Source: a bacterium
GTDB lineage: Bacteria; Zhuqueibacterota; Zhuqueibacteria; Residuimicrobiales; Krinioviventaceae
NCBI GenBank assembly: GCA_963675755.2
Contig: CAXXMD010000002.1
Coordinates: 1,824,001 to 1,888,000, forward strand
Direction: 5' to 3'
Length of the DNA stretch: 64,000 nt
Shown: positions 31,030-40,401 of the stretch, piece after piece
Numbering within the stretch: the stretch's first letter is position 1
Layout of the letters: each line of letters begins with the position of its first letter
Made by a program: the position numbers and the translations under genes
Notes under the pieces: model-generated
Databases searched by the model: none
The model's input: the letters and a program-made list of their open reading frames with translations, nothing else
Told to the model about the DNA's origin: nothing

Positions 31030-33333
31030 ATGTATTGCAAGCCATTACAATGCTTAATTGCGATTATCGTATTATTTGTTTCGGGCTCAACGCTCTTATC
31101 CGCTGAATTTACACTCTCAACAGCAGATTCACTCTACAACGCAGGGGAAACCGAAGAAGCGCTGAAACAGCTAAAACGAATATATCAGCAGGATGAAAAC
31201 AACTTGCAGGCATGTCTACGCATCACCGAAATATATGACCAGCAGGACAATTATGAATATGCCATATTTTGGGGAGATCGTGCCCGCAAGCTAGACGAGA
31301 ACAACCTGTCAATTCACTATATTTTGGCAAAATCTTTTGCAATGCGCTCCTATATCCGCAGTCAACCCTTTCGATATTTTGACAATAAAGATGCAGAAAA
31401 AAACTTTGAATATGTTTTCAAAACAGACTCGTCATACAATCGGATATTGTTTGAATATGCCAAATACAAAGGCTATCACGAAAAATATTTTGAGGCTATT
31501 CAGGCACTTGACGCGCAATTAACATTTTATCCTGACGATGTTGAGGCCATGGCCAAACGCATACTGTTTTACGATACCATCAGCTATTTTGGTGATGATA
31601 AAGACAGCCAAAAATCAAAAAACATGTCAACAGGAATTGTCGATTTTTATTTTGCCGAGTATTGCCGCTATCACGATAATCTGCAAGAAGCGGATTCTAT
31701 ATACTCAACATTATTGAACGCAAACCGATTTTCCGCAACAGCGCTTCACCTTGCAAAAGCCAAACTGGCTGTACAGCAGGAACAGTTTGCTGATGCGGAA
31801 CAGCAATATACAGACGCCGTCGCATCCATAAACACACTTGAAGACGCAATATATATTTATAGCGACATGAAATTTATTTTTTCCGATTCGGAATATGAAT
31901 ATTATCAAAATCTGGCTACAGTTGATAAACAAAAAGACTTTTTTACCAAAACCTGGCTTCGCCGGAATCCCCTGCCCTCTTCTGCAGAAAATCCGCGACT
32001 CTTGGAACATATCAAAAGAATGGTGTTTGCCGAAAAAAACTTTCGCACGTCTCGCACAGGGCCCATTCGTACCAAGGCATTACAAATAGAGGTTAATAAC
32101 ACACCGCTGATCTATTCTGCTTCAGACCGGTTTGAAGATCGCGGTATGGTCTATTTACGACATGGTGCACCAAGAGACAAGGCCATTGGCAGTGGTGGCG
32201 CCATTATGTCATTCAAGGAACAGACTGGACAAGCATCAAAGGATATTGAAAATTATTTCAACAGTGGTGAATCCTGGTTTTATCCGGCTTCCGGGGGATC
32301 TCCCAAAATGATCTTTCATTTTGCAAAGGGTGAGTTCGACAAGGAACCTATGCTGACTCCCTGCCTGCCGCAGCAAATGATTGGAGATTGTTATACGTGG
32401 GACAAAAAGTACGCCTGGTATTACAACTCTCGTGATGAAAAAGAAATGCAGCAATTCCAGAACGAAATTATTTTAGAGAATCGCGAAACCATTAAAACCG
32501 GACTGGATTCTGACCGCCACCAATGGACACGGCAAACCCGTCCTATTGATATGCCGTTTTACATAGCCGCTTTTGCAGCACCCAAAGGGATGACCCGGTT
32601 CGAAATCTATTATGGAATTTCAAATGCATCCAAAGATACGCTAACCGGGATTCTGGAACTGGGATATGGCGTATTTGACACAAACTGGAACGAACTTGAA
32701 TCCTCGCATAAAACCATTACAGCAGATCAAATCACAGTCCCATCCGGTCCCGGAGAAATCTGGACGGATGCGTTCTCGTTTGAGGTATACGATCAGGATT
32801 ACCTGGTTAGTTTTTACGCCAAATCTCCGGATATGCAGCATATTGGAGGACACAAATTCAGGCTCAGACCGCGAATGTTTAGCGAAACCGAGCTCTGTAT
32901 GAGCGACCTGGAGCTTGCCCGTGAACTCGGTGCGGCAGAATCCCAAGAGGGACCTTTTGTAAAAAACGATTTATATGTTGTGCCTCAACCCAATTTAAAA
33001 TTCCATATTCATAATCCGGTTAATGTGTATTTTGAGATCTATAACCTGCCGGTTATTACCAACCGACTGGATTACCAGATACAATACCGGGTTACTCTCA
33101 AAGAACCAGCGAACAAAAATCTGATGGCCAGCCTGACGGGCTTTAACACCATGCGCGAAACCGAACAGTCCGCCACACTGGAACGGTTCAGCGGCTCACG
33201 TTTTTCCGCGGAATCCGTAGGATTGGATCTGAACGAGATGGAACCGGGGCAATATGAAATTGAGGTAGTTGTCGTACTGGCTGACGGTGAAAAAGTATCG
33301 AAAATGCAGAAATTTGAGTTGTTAGGGAATTGA
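31030..33333 (+). CDS. TPR + GWxTD-like domain secreted protein, tandem paralog of 27720-30029
   Basis: WLRRNPLP..NPRLLEHIKRMVFAEKNF..FEDRGMVYLRHGAP; colinear with the upstream paralog. Confidence 0.75.
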   Translation: MYCKPLQCLIAIIVLFVSGSTLLSAEFTLSTADSLYNAGETEEALKQLKRIYQQDENNLQACLRITEIYDQQDNYEYAIFWGDRARKLDENNLSIHYILAKSFAMRSYIRSQPFRYFDNKDAEKNFEYVFKTDSSYNRILFEYAKYKGYHEKYFEAIQALDAQLTFYPDDVEAMAKRILFYDTISYFGDDKDSQKSKNMSTGIVDFYFAEYCRYHDNLQEADSIYSTLLNANRFSATALHLAKAKLAVQQEQFADAEQQYTDAVASINTLEDAIYIYSDMKFIFSDSEYEYYQNLATVDKQKDFFTKTWLRRNPLPSSAENPRLLEHIKRMVFAEKNFRTSRTGPIRTKALQIEVNNTPLIYSASDRFEDRGMVYLRHGAPRDKAIGSGGAIMSFKEQTGQASKDIENYFNSGESWFYPASGGSPKMIFHFAKGEFDKEPMLTPCLPQQMIGDCYTWDKKYAWYYNSRDEKEMQQFQNEIILENRETIKTGLDSDRHQWTRQTRPIDMPFYIAAFAAPKGMTRFEIYYGISNASKDTLTGILELGYGVFDTNWNELESSHKTITADQITVPSGPGEIWTDAFSFEVYDQDYLVSFYAKSPDMQHIGGHKFRLRPRMFSETELCMSDLELARELGAAESQEGPFVKNDLYVVPQPNLKFHIHNPVNVYFEIYNLPVITNRLDYQIQYRVTLKEPANKNLMASLTGFNTMRETEQSATLERFSGSRFSAESVGLDLNEMEPGQYEIEVVVVLADGEKVSKMQKFELLGN

Positions 33334-33428
33334 TAAACTCTTGAAGATAGCTTTTTTATTAAATTTATAATAAGACAAAACGCAAGTGCACAGAGGTATC
33401 GCTTAGGACTTGGGGTGAAATTAGTTCA

Positions 33429-33542
33429 AACGGGACAAATGTCCCCAAACCAATATTCCGCGATACATAAATATGTATCGCGATCAGGTGTATCCTCGGT
33501 CCCTTTTATACATTCGCCTGCGGCGAACACTCAGGGCCCGGA
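33429..33542. repeat. Repeat cassette nearly identical to 30368-30481
   Basis: gggacaaatgtccc + gcgatacataaatatgtatcgcgatca + cggtccctt..actcagggcccgg; about six differences by eye. Confidence 0.9.
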
Positions 33543-33589
33543 ACTCTCAACATTCGCGATCAGTACAACCAGCTTTAGAGACTAGTACA

Positions 33590-35086
33590 TTAATTTTTTA
33601 TCTCTGAGCGGGTCATGTTTCGGTCGAGATTTGTTTGCGGCAGATAAGCACCAGCATCTCGAAGCGTTGTGACCAGCATTTGGGTATCGAGCTCACACGC
33701 CGGCTGCCCGGTGGAAATAGATTGTACAGCAGCCGTGCCAGCAGCTTGTCCCATCATAGAACAAGCGGGTTGAACCCGGATTGAGCCATGTGCACGGACA
33801 TCACTAGAGTTGCTACGACCTGCAACCCAGAGGTTCTTCCATCCTTTGGGAACGAGAATCCCGTAGGGGATACCAAAACTTTCTCCTGCTTTCAGTCGAC
33901 CTGTTTTACTAAACTGTTCATGATACCGCTGGTATTCTTTATCCGAATCATCATAGACATGGATGTCTACCGGTGCGTTGTACACCCCGATCTGGTCAGC
34001 AAACTGTCGTTGTGTTATATAATCTTCATAAGTTAGTTCATACTCTCCAACAATACGCCGGGATTCACGAACGCCCATCAGACTTCCCGTTGTGACAAGC
34101 TCAGCATTTTCACAACCCGGTACGTATTTGCGATAGAAAGAGAGGAATTCCTGAACCAGCTTGCGGCCCATTACTATACCATCACTCAAACTGCGGCAAT
34201 TCACTGCGTTCATGTGGAAAACGTGTCCCGCATTCAACATGCCCGTGGTCTCGCCAACCCTGAATAGTCCCGGTACATGGCGGTCATTATAAGTAAAGTG
34301 TCCATCATCGAGAGCCTTTAGAACGTATTTTTGCTGGTTGACGGGTTCCGTTATCTTCCAGTCGATGCCACCTATTTGTGCACATAGTGTGGGAGGCATG
34401 ATATTGGGTGTATCGCGACCGGCTTCCCGATAAGGAACATTACAAAGGTCAGACAATACCGCATCTCCAGTGGCGTCTATGAATGTTTTTGCACGTACAA
34501 AACAGAATCCCTCTACATTCTGGAGAATAACACCATTAACCGTATGACCGTTTGTATCAGCATCCACCACTCGTGTAAAATAACGCACCTCTACATTATT
34601 GTCGGTTACCAGTTCATCAAGCACTACCTTGTAACCCTCAACACGGAAAGGGGTCCAGGTTGAATGTCGTTTACTATAGAAATCTTTTGTGACTTGTGGA
34701 GCTAGAAAACCCCGTTTGTGCATGGTGGTGACGATCTCACGCATCAATCCACCTACCAGCATGCGTTCTCCATTGGCCATAGGATCAAAAGCTGTCACAA
34801 GCCCGGATGTGCCCATACCGCCGAGGCAGCCGGTGGCCTCTACCAGCAGCACGTTCGCCCCGAGACGTGAGGCACAAACTGCAGCAGCGGTACCAGCGGG
34901 TCCGCCTCCGACAATGACAAGATCGTATTCCTTGTCAACGGGTATTTCGCGTGAAAAGTGATAGGTAGCATTGGTGTTTGTGGTTGCAGAGGATACAGTG
35001 CTGCTGACGGCTGGTTTATTAAATGCTGCCGCACCCATACCTGCGGCAGATGTCATTACAAACGATCTACGGGTTATTTTTTTCAT
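33590..35086 (-). CDS. Tat-exported FAD-dependent oxidoreductase
   Basis: TRRSFV twin-arginine signal; GGGPAG, LGGMGTSG, FIDATGDA, RESRRIVG, LWVAGRS, GQAAG. Confidence 0.9.
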   Translation of the reverse strand: MKKITRRSFVMTSAAGMGAAAFNKPAVSSTVSSATTNTNATYHFSREIPVDKEYDLVIVGGGPAGTAAAVCASRLGANVLLVEATGCLGGMGTSGLVTAFDPMANGERMLVGGLMREIVTTMHKRGFLAPQVTKDFYSKRHSTWTPFRVEGYKVVLDELVTDNNVEVRYFTRVVDADTNGHTVNGVILQNVEGFCFVRAKTFIDATGDAVLSDLCNVPYREAGRDTPNIMPPTLCAQIGGIDWKITEPVNQQKYVLKALDDGHFTYNDRHVPGLFRVGETTGMLNAGHVFHMNAVNCRSLSDGIVMGRKLVQEFLSFYRKYVPGCENAELVTTGSLMGVRESRRIVGEYELTYEDYITQRQFADQIGVYNAPVDIHVYDDSDKEYQRYHEQFSKTGRLKAGESFGIPYGILVPKGWKNLWVAGRSNSSDVRAHGSIRVQPACSMMGQAAGTAAVQSISTGQPACELDTQMLVTTLRDAGAYLPQTNLDRNMTRSEIKN

Positions 35087-35311
35087 GAGTTCTCCAGTTG
35101 CGCCACAAAGAACGCCAGGTAAATAGTTGGAAATTGATTTTCACTATTGAAAAAAGAAAAAACGGTAGTAGATATAAACGGTTTTAGTTCAGACCAAACC
35201 GTATAATATCTTTTATGGTGTGCTCTTTAAACACTGTTATAATTTAAAAATAGCGCAGTATACTGCAAGCGTTATTTTCTAATGTCCGTTTTAATCTGGT
35301 TCCAAGGCTCT

Positions 35312-35590
35312 CAGACTGTGTGAAAATGAATTAAATTTTAAACAAATAAAATTATATTTATGAGCAAAATTTAAAAAAGACGTGGAGTGCATTACCTTTA
35401 TGTAATGCGGGCCGTCGGAGACGGCCTCTACTCAACTATATTTGCATAAGAATATTGAACTGACATCACAATAATAAATCTATAATATTTGAAAAGCAGA
35501 CGAATTTAAATCGGACCTTCGGCCCGACGCATCGCATAAAGGCGATGCACTCCAAAAACATAACAATTTTTCTTGTTTTTACACAACCTG
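35312..35590. mobile_element. 279-bp MITE-like element with IS1182/IS5-like terminal inverted repeats, inserted in a REP palindrome
   Basis: TIRs cagactgtgtgaaaa / tttttacacaacctg; TCT duplicated at 35309-35311 and 35591-35593; removing the insert restores ctggttccaaggctctgccttggaa. Confidence 0.75.
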
Positions 35591-35639
35591 TCTGCCTTGG
35601 AACTCTATCTCCCCTAACACTCCCCTTTTGCATGAAACA

Positions 35640-35900
35640 GGACAAATGTCCCAAACTTATATTCCACGACACATGGATATGTGTCGCGATAATGGGTGCA
35701 AAGGTATTGCAGGAAACGCAAATGGGAGTTTAATAAGGAACAGACTTTTTTTAATCTGCGTGTATCTGTGGTTAATTATTTTTTTTCTGGCTCCAAGGCT
35801 CGGCCTTGGAGCCTTAATTTTCTCAACTCTCGTTGAGAGTTTACTACGGGACACTGGTCCCTAGATACTATTCCGTAATACATAAATATGTTTCATCATC
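35640..35900. repeat. Two further copies of the three-hairpin cassette
   Basis: ggacaaatgtccc..cgacacatggatatgtgtcgcga (35640-35690); ctggctccaaggctcggccttggagcc and gggacactggtccc (35788-35900). Confidence 0.75.
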
Positions 35901-35954
35901 AAAAATCCATACAATTCCATTAGCGGCTTTTACGAATTTGTTGTATATTCTTGT

Positions 35955-37772
35955 ATGGATAAAAAACGAATAGAACTACTTGCCCCGGCAAAAAACCTTG
36001 CTCAAGGTAAAACTGCTATCGATTATGGTGCCGATGCGGTATACATTGGTGCACCGCAATACAGTGCTCGTTCCCGAGCAGGCAATTCCATTGCCGATAT
36101 TGAACAACTTGCCGCATATGCGCATACCTGGTATGCCAATGTCTATGTTGCGCTCAACACCCTGCTGACAGACAAAGAACTTGACGATGCCGTTAAACAT
36201 GTTCATCAATTATATAATGCCGGCATTGATGGATTGATCATCCAGGATGTGGGACTACTGGAGCGAAACCTGCCCCCCATCCCCATCATAGCAAGCACGC
36301 AAATGCACAACAATACAGCGGCAAAAGCCGCCTTTTTGGAACAAATCGGATTTAAACGCATTATTCTGGCGCGAGAATTGGGATTAAAAGATATAAAGGC
36401 GATCCGGCAGAAAAGTGAAATTGAGTTAGAGTATTTTGTGCATGGCGCATTGTGTGTAAGTTACAGCGGACAATGTTACCTGAGTTATACTGCCGGCGGA
36501 CGCAGTGGTAATCGTGGCGAATGCGCACAACCCTGTCGAAAACGTTACAGCCTGCAAGATGAAGACGGCAATACCATTGTGAATGATCGCTACCTGCTTT
36601 CCATCAAAGATCTGAACCACTCGCAGCATCTGGGAGATTTACTGGACGCGGGTATCACCTCTTTTAAAATCGAGGGGCGTTTAAAAGATGAAACCTATGT
36701 AAAAAACGTGGTTACCTCGTATCGACGCGCGTTAGACATAGAACTTGAGAAACGCGATTTAGCCCGTTCATCATCAGGCGCATCATTTACAGACCTGCAG
36801 CCAAATCTCAATTACAGCTTTAATCGCGGATACACCTCGTATTTTATTGACGGACGTCCCCAAAACCTGGGTACCAATGAAACACCCAAGATGGTTGGCA
36901 ATTTCATCGGGAAAATTAAAAATACAGACAAACAGTCATTTACACTTGAAACCAAACATGATCTGACCAATGGTGATGGAATTTCGTTTTTCAAAGACAA
37001 TGAATTGCATGGAACAATCATTAACCGCGTAGAGGCTGAACGTGTTATTCCTGAGAAAATGGAAGGTCTGGTTAAAGGAATAGAAATTTATCGCAATCAT
37101 CATCATGCGTTTATCAAACAGGTTACATCAAGTAAAAGCGAACGCAAAATTCCGATATACATCACTCTATTCAAAACTGAAAATGGATTGGGTGCAACCT
37201 TTCAAGACACAGACAACAATGTTATAACTGTAGAGATGGATGCAGAAAAAGTCCCTGCACAAAAACCGGAAGCAATGCGCACAACGTTGCATAAACAAAT
37301 GGCAAAACTGGGCGAAACTGAATTTATTGCAAATCTCATTGAAACAGATAATCTTGAACAGTTTTTCTTTCCTATGGGTGTATTGAATGCTTTGCGTCGT
37401 GAAGCGGTTGAACGTTTACAGGCAGAACGACAACTCAATCGTCCTGTTGAGCTGAGAAGTATTGATAAAAACGATATCCCTTACCCTGAAACGTCACTCT
37501 CTTTTACCGGAAATGTACTGAATAAAAGTGCCAGACATTTTTACCATCGACATGGTGTTACGGATATTGAATCTGCCGCGGAAAGTGGATTGGATTTGAG
37601 CGATAAAAAAGTAATGACTACAAAGTACTGTATACGTGAACAAATCGGAATCTGTATACGTACAAAACCGGAGAACAAATATAAAGAACCGTTCTATCTC
37701 ATTGATGAGCAAGGGCACCGATATCGTCTTGCGTTCAATTGCAAAGACTGCGAAATGGAAGTATATTACTAA
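35955..37772 (+). CDS. rlhA: Peptidase U32 family protein, RlhA-like 23S rRNA hydroxylation protein
   Basis: ELLAPA, GADAVYIG, HGALCVSYSGQCY, SGNRGECAQPCR, FKIEGRLK; long C-terminal extension ending FNCKDCEM. Confidence 0.85.
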   Translation: MDKKRIELLAPAKNLAQGKTAIDYGADAVYIGAPQYSARSRAGNSIADIEQLAAYAHTWYANVYVALNTLLTDKELDDAVKHVHQLYNAGIDGLIIQDVGLLERNLPPIPIIASTQMHNNTAAKAAFLEQIGFKRIILARELGLKDIKAIRQKSEIELEYFVHGALCVSYSGQCYLSYTAGGRSGNRGECAQPCRKRYSLQDEDGNTIVNDRYLLSIKDLNHSQHLGDLLDAGITSFKIEGRLKDETYVKNVVTSYRRALDIELEKRDLARSSSGASFTDLQPNLNYSFNRGYTSYFIDGRPQNLGTNETPKMVGNFIGKIKNTDKQSFTLETKHDLTNGDGISFFKDNELHGTIINRVEAERVIPEKMEGLVKGIEIYRNHHHAFIKQVTSSKSERKIPIYITLFKTENGLGATFQDTDNNVITVEMDAEKVPAQKPEAMRTTLHKQMAKLGETEFIANLIETDNLEQFFFPMGVLNALRREAVERLQAERQLNRPVELRSIDKNDIPYPETSLSFTGNVLNKSARHFYHRHGVTDIESAAESGLDLSDKKVMTTKYCIREQIGICIRTKPENKYKEPFYLIDEQGHRYRLAFNCKDCEMEVYY

Positions 37773-37777
37773 TTAAA

Positions 37778-37845
37778 AGTTGTCAGTTGTCAGTTGTCAG
37801 TTGTCAGTTGTCAGTTGTCAGTTGTCAGTTGTCAGTTGTCAGTTG
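37778..37845. repeat. Heptanucleotide tandem repeat (AGTTGTC)9.7
   Basis: Nine perfect copies plus agttg, between convergent genes. Confidence 0.95.
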
Positions 37846-37882
37846 CAAGAAAAAACAGGGCCGTTAACTCACAACTAGATTT

Positions 37883-39502
37883 CTATCGCATCAGCAGCAC
37901 CTTGCGAACCAGGATATTTTTATCAGTTTTGAGAACAATCAAATACATACCGGATGCGGATAAATTTCCCAAGTTGTCACAACCGTTCCACCCGGTTTTA
38001 TAGATTCCATCTGACTGGTTCTGCCGGACCAGTGTTGCAACCTGCCTGCCTGATATGGTAAATACCAACAGTTCAACCGGACCGTTGTATTCTGATAAAA
38101 TATAAGTAATCTCTGTTGATGGATTGAATGGATTGGGATACGGAGCCGTGAGTTCTATTTTATCCGGCACCTTGATATTGGCAAGAGTAACAGAATCCAG
38201 AATACAGACCTGACCATCCGTGCTCACATCAGAAATCCGGTAACATTGCCGGTCAGCAATACCAGTCCGTATATCCGTATATGAATAACGGGTTGGATGG
38301 AATATCGTCCCCTGCCCAAGCAATTCCGGATGAGTGACATACGATGCGATTCTGGACCAATTTCCGTTACAGTCTCTACTTTCTAAAATGAACCCCAGAT
38401 TATTGAGTTCTGTTTCTGTGGTCCAGTTGATCATTGCCCTGCCATCTTTATAAACTGCACTCAATGCAGACAATTCAACTGGCAAACCTACCGCGGTTGT
38501 CCCCGGTACTGCACCAGATTTATAACTTACAATTGTATTATGAGGATTATTATCATGACTGTTGGTTTGGGTTTCTACAACAAAATAATAGGTAGTGGAA
38601 TGTGTTAATCCGCTTACAACCATAGATGTTATGGATTTGTTTTCGGTCATTCCGTAAAAGCTAAAAGGTCCCCCGGTTGAGGTGGCATAGCTTATCCGAT
38701 ATCCACCAGTATCTCCGGTATAATCAATTGCATTCCAATTTATAGTTATTGTGGTTTCGGTAGGATTTGATGCATAAATTCCGGAAGGTGTAACGGTTTG
38801 GGTGAGTTTCCAATCCCCAACGAATTGTTTTTCGCTCAAAAACGATTCAATTGTTGGATTATTTGTGTAAAGCGCATTCCAACGTAAATCATGTATATAT
38901 GTCGGTTTGTCCAGTTTTATCAAATCCTGAGGAACAGATCCGGTTAAACAATTGGAATTCATCCCAAGATAAATCAAGGATGATAAATTGCCCAAATTGG
39001 AAGGAATAGCTCCGGCCAACTTGTTTCTGGCAAGATTGAGTGTTGATAGATTACTCAAATTCCCAAGTTGAGCAGGAATTCCACCGGTCAACAGGTTATT
39101 CGCAAGCGAGAGGGTTAGTAAATTCCCAATATTACCCAGTAGCGGGGGGATGGCTCCCGTTAGATTGTTTGCCCCAAGATCGAGTTTATTTAAACCTGAC
39201 AGTGCTCCCAATTCTGCAGGAATAGAGCCAGAGAGGTTGTTACTGCTCAGATTAATCTGTGTAACATGGTCCGATCCTATTGTTATACCTTTCCATGCGG
39301 ATTCACTGCCAGGCATTGCAAAGCCATCTGCGTCCAGGGGTGGACTTTTCCAGCCGTAATTATCGGTCCAGGAATCACCATGGGTACTGTTGTATAGCAC
39401 AATCAAAACATTCCGCTCAGCAGAGGGTATTGCAGCCAACAGTTGCAAATTTATCATAAAAAATAAATGGATTACCAGTAACCCAAAATTCTTGAATGTC
39501 AC
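37883..39502 (-). CDS. Secreted leucine-rich-repeat + FN3 + CTD protein
   Basis: ERNVLIVLYNSTHG..W cap; LxLxxNxLxGxIP repeats; FN3 SGLTHSTTYYFVV; LPVELS linker; YPNPFNP CTD; GTG start after AAAGGA. Confidence 0.85.
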   Translation of the reverse strand: MTFKNFGLLVIHLFFMINLQLLAAIPSAERNVLIVLYNSTHGDSWTDNYGWKSPPLDADGFAMPGSESAWKGITIGSDHVTQINLSSNNLSGSIPAELGALSGLNKLDLGANNLTGAIPPLLGNIGNLLTLSLANNLLTGGIPAQLGNLSNLSTLNLARNKLAGAIPSNLGNLSSLIYLGMNSNCLTGSVPQDLIKLDKPTYIHDLRWNALYTNNPTIESFLSEKQFVGDWKLTQTVTPSGIYASNPTETTITINWNAIDYTGDTGGYRISYATSTGGPFSFYGMTENKSITSMVVSGLTHSTTYYFVVETQTNSHDNNPHNTIVSYKSGAVPGTTAVGLPVELSALSAVYKDGRAMINWTTETELNNLGFILESRDCNGNWSRIASYVTHPELLGQGTIFHPTRYSYTDIRTGIADRQCYRISDVSTDGQVCILDSVTLANIKVPDKIELTAPYPNPFNPSTEITYILSEYNGPVELLVFTISGRQVATLVRQNQSDGIYKTGWNGCDNLGNLSASGMYLIVLKTDKNILVRKVLLMR

Positions 39503-39728
39503 GGCAATATCCTTTCCCAATCCCAAAGACAATATTCCAGGAACAATCAAATACTATTTTACTGCTAATACGTGTATGGCGGGATTCATTGAGATTCAAT
39601 GAAATCAAAATCCAAGTAGTATATAATACAAATTCTTTTATAATAATAAAACAGATTTTCAAAAAATATTAATAAAACAAGAAACACTTTTGTATAGATA
39701 GATTACTTTGCTCGCTTTTAGATTTTAA

Positions 39729-39844
39729 TGGGACAAATGTCCCTCAATACTATTCCACGACACATGAATATGTGTCACGATCAAGTTGACCGGTCCCTGA
39801 GTAGTCCATTTGCCTTTGGGCGGATGGACATATCGAAGGGCCGG
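39729..39844. repeat. Cassette copy plus GIY-YIG-associated palindrome A
   Basis: gggacaaatgtccc..cgacacatgaatatgtgtc (39729-39783); ccggtccctgagta-[hairpin]-tatcgaagggccgg (39790-39844). Confidence 0.85.
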
Positions 39845-39882
39845 GGTCGACAACAGTTTACCAAAAAAGGAAATAATACATT

Positions 39883-40164
39883 CTAACGAAAACACTTTTT
39901 TGCCAATTGAGGTAATGACTCATATTTATCAAAAATTAAAGCCTGCTTTTTGGCTCTGGTCCAGCCTTTAATTTGATGCTCCCTACTGAATGCATCTTTT
40001 ATTCTTTCATATTCTTCCCAATAGACCAGTTTAACGGGCAAACGATTTTTGGTATATTTTGCTCCCTGCCCGTTTTCATGATCACATAAACGTTGCTCAA
40101 GATTCCATGTACTTCCAGTATAATAACTCTTGTCTGCGCATTCGAGGATGTATGTATATGGCAT
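39883..40164 (-). CDS. Small GIY-YIG nuclease family protein (YhbQ-like)
   Basis: YTYILECADKSYYTGST..RL..H..G.GAKYT..RLPVKLVYWE..AFSREHQIKGWTRAKK; AGGGGG RBS before ATG 40164. Confidence 0.9.
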   Translation of the reverse strand: MPYTYILECADKSYYTGSTWNLEQRLCDHENGQGAKYTKNRLPVKLVYWEEYERIKDAFSREHQIKGWTRAKKQALIFDKYESLPQLAKKCFR

Positions 40165-40232
40165 ATGTGTATCCCCCCTATTTTTTAATTTAACCGATCT
40201 TTCAAAAACTTGTTTGCCTGCATTTCGCTTAG

Positions 40233-40373
40233 CCGGCCCTTCGATACGTTCGCCTTTGGCGAACACTCAGGGTCCGGCGTTGTTCCTTTTAAAACAAACA
40301 CCTCTAAAAATCCAAGGCCCGGTCCCTGAGTAGGACATCCGCCAGTAGGTGGATGGACGTATCGAAGGGCCGG
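40233..40373. repeat. GIY-YIG-associated palindromes B and C (inverted doublet)
   Basis: B 40233-40277 ccggcccttcgatac..actcagggtccgg; C 40319-40373 ccggtccctgagta..tatcgaagggccgg. Confidence 0.85.
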
Positions 40374-40401
40374 AACAGTAAACTATTGATAACAATGAGT
40401 C

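Noticed and set aside
29962-31040. Short ORFs across the repeat mosaic (also 21462-21704, 35466-35864, 37794-38003)
   Set aside because: They are translations of palindromic or tandem repeats with no recognisable protein motifs.
40165-40266. N-terminal extension of the GIY-YIG ORF
   Set aside because: It runs through palindrome B; the RBS and family start point to ATG 40164.
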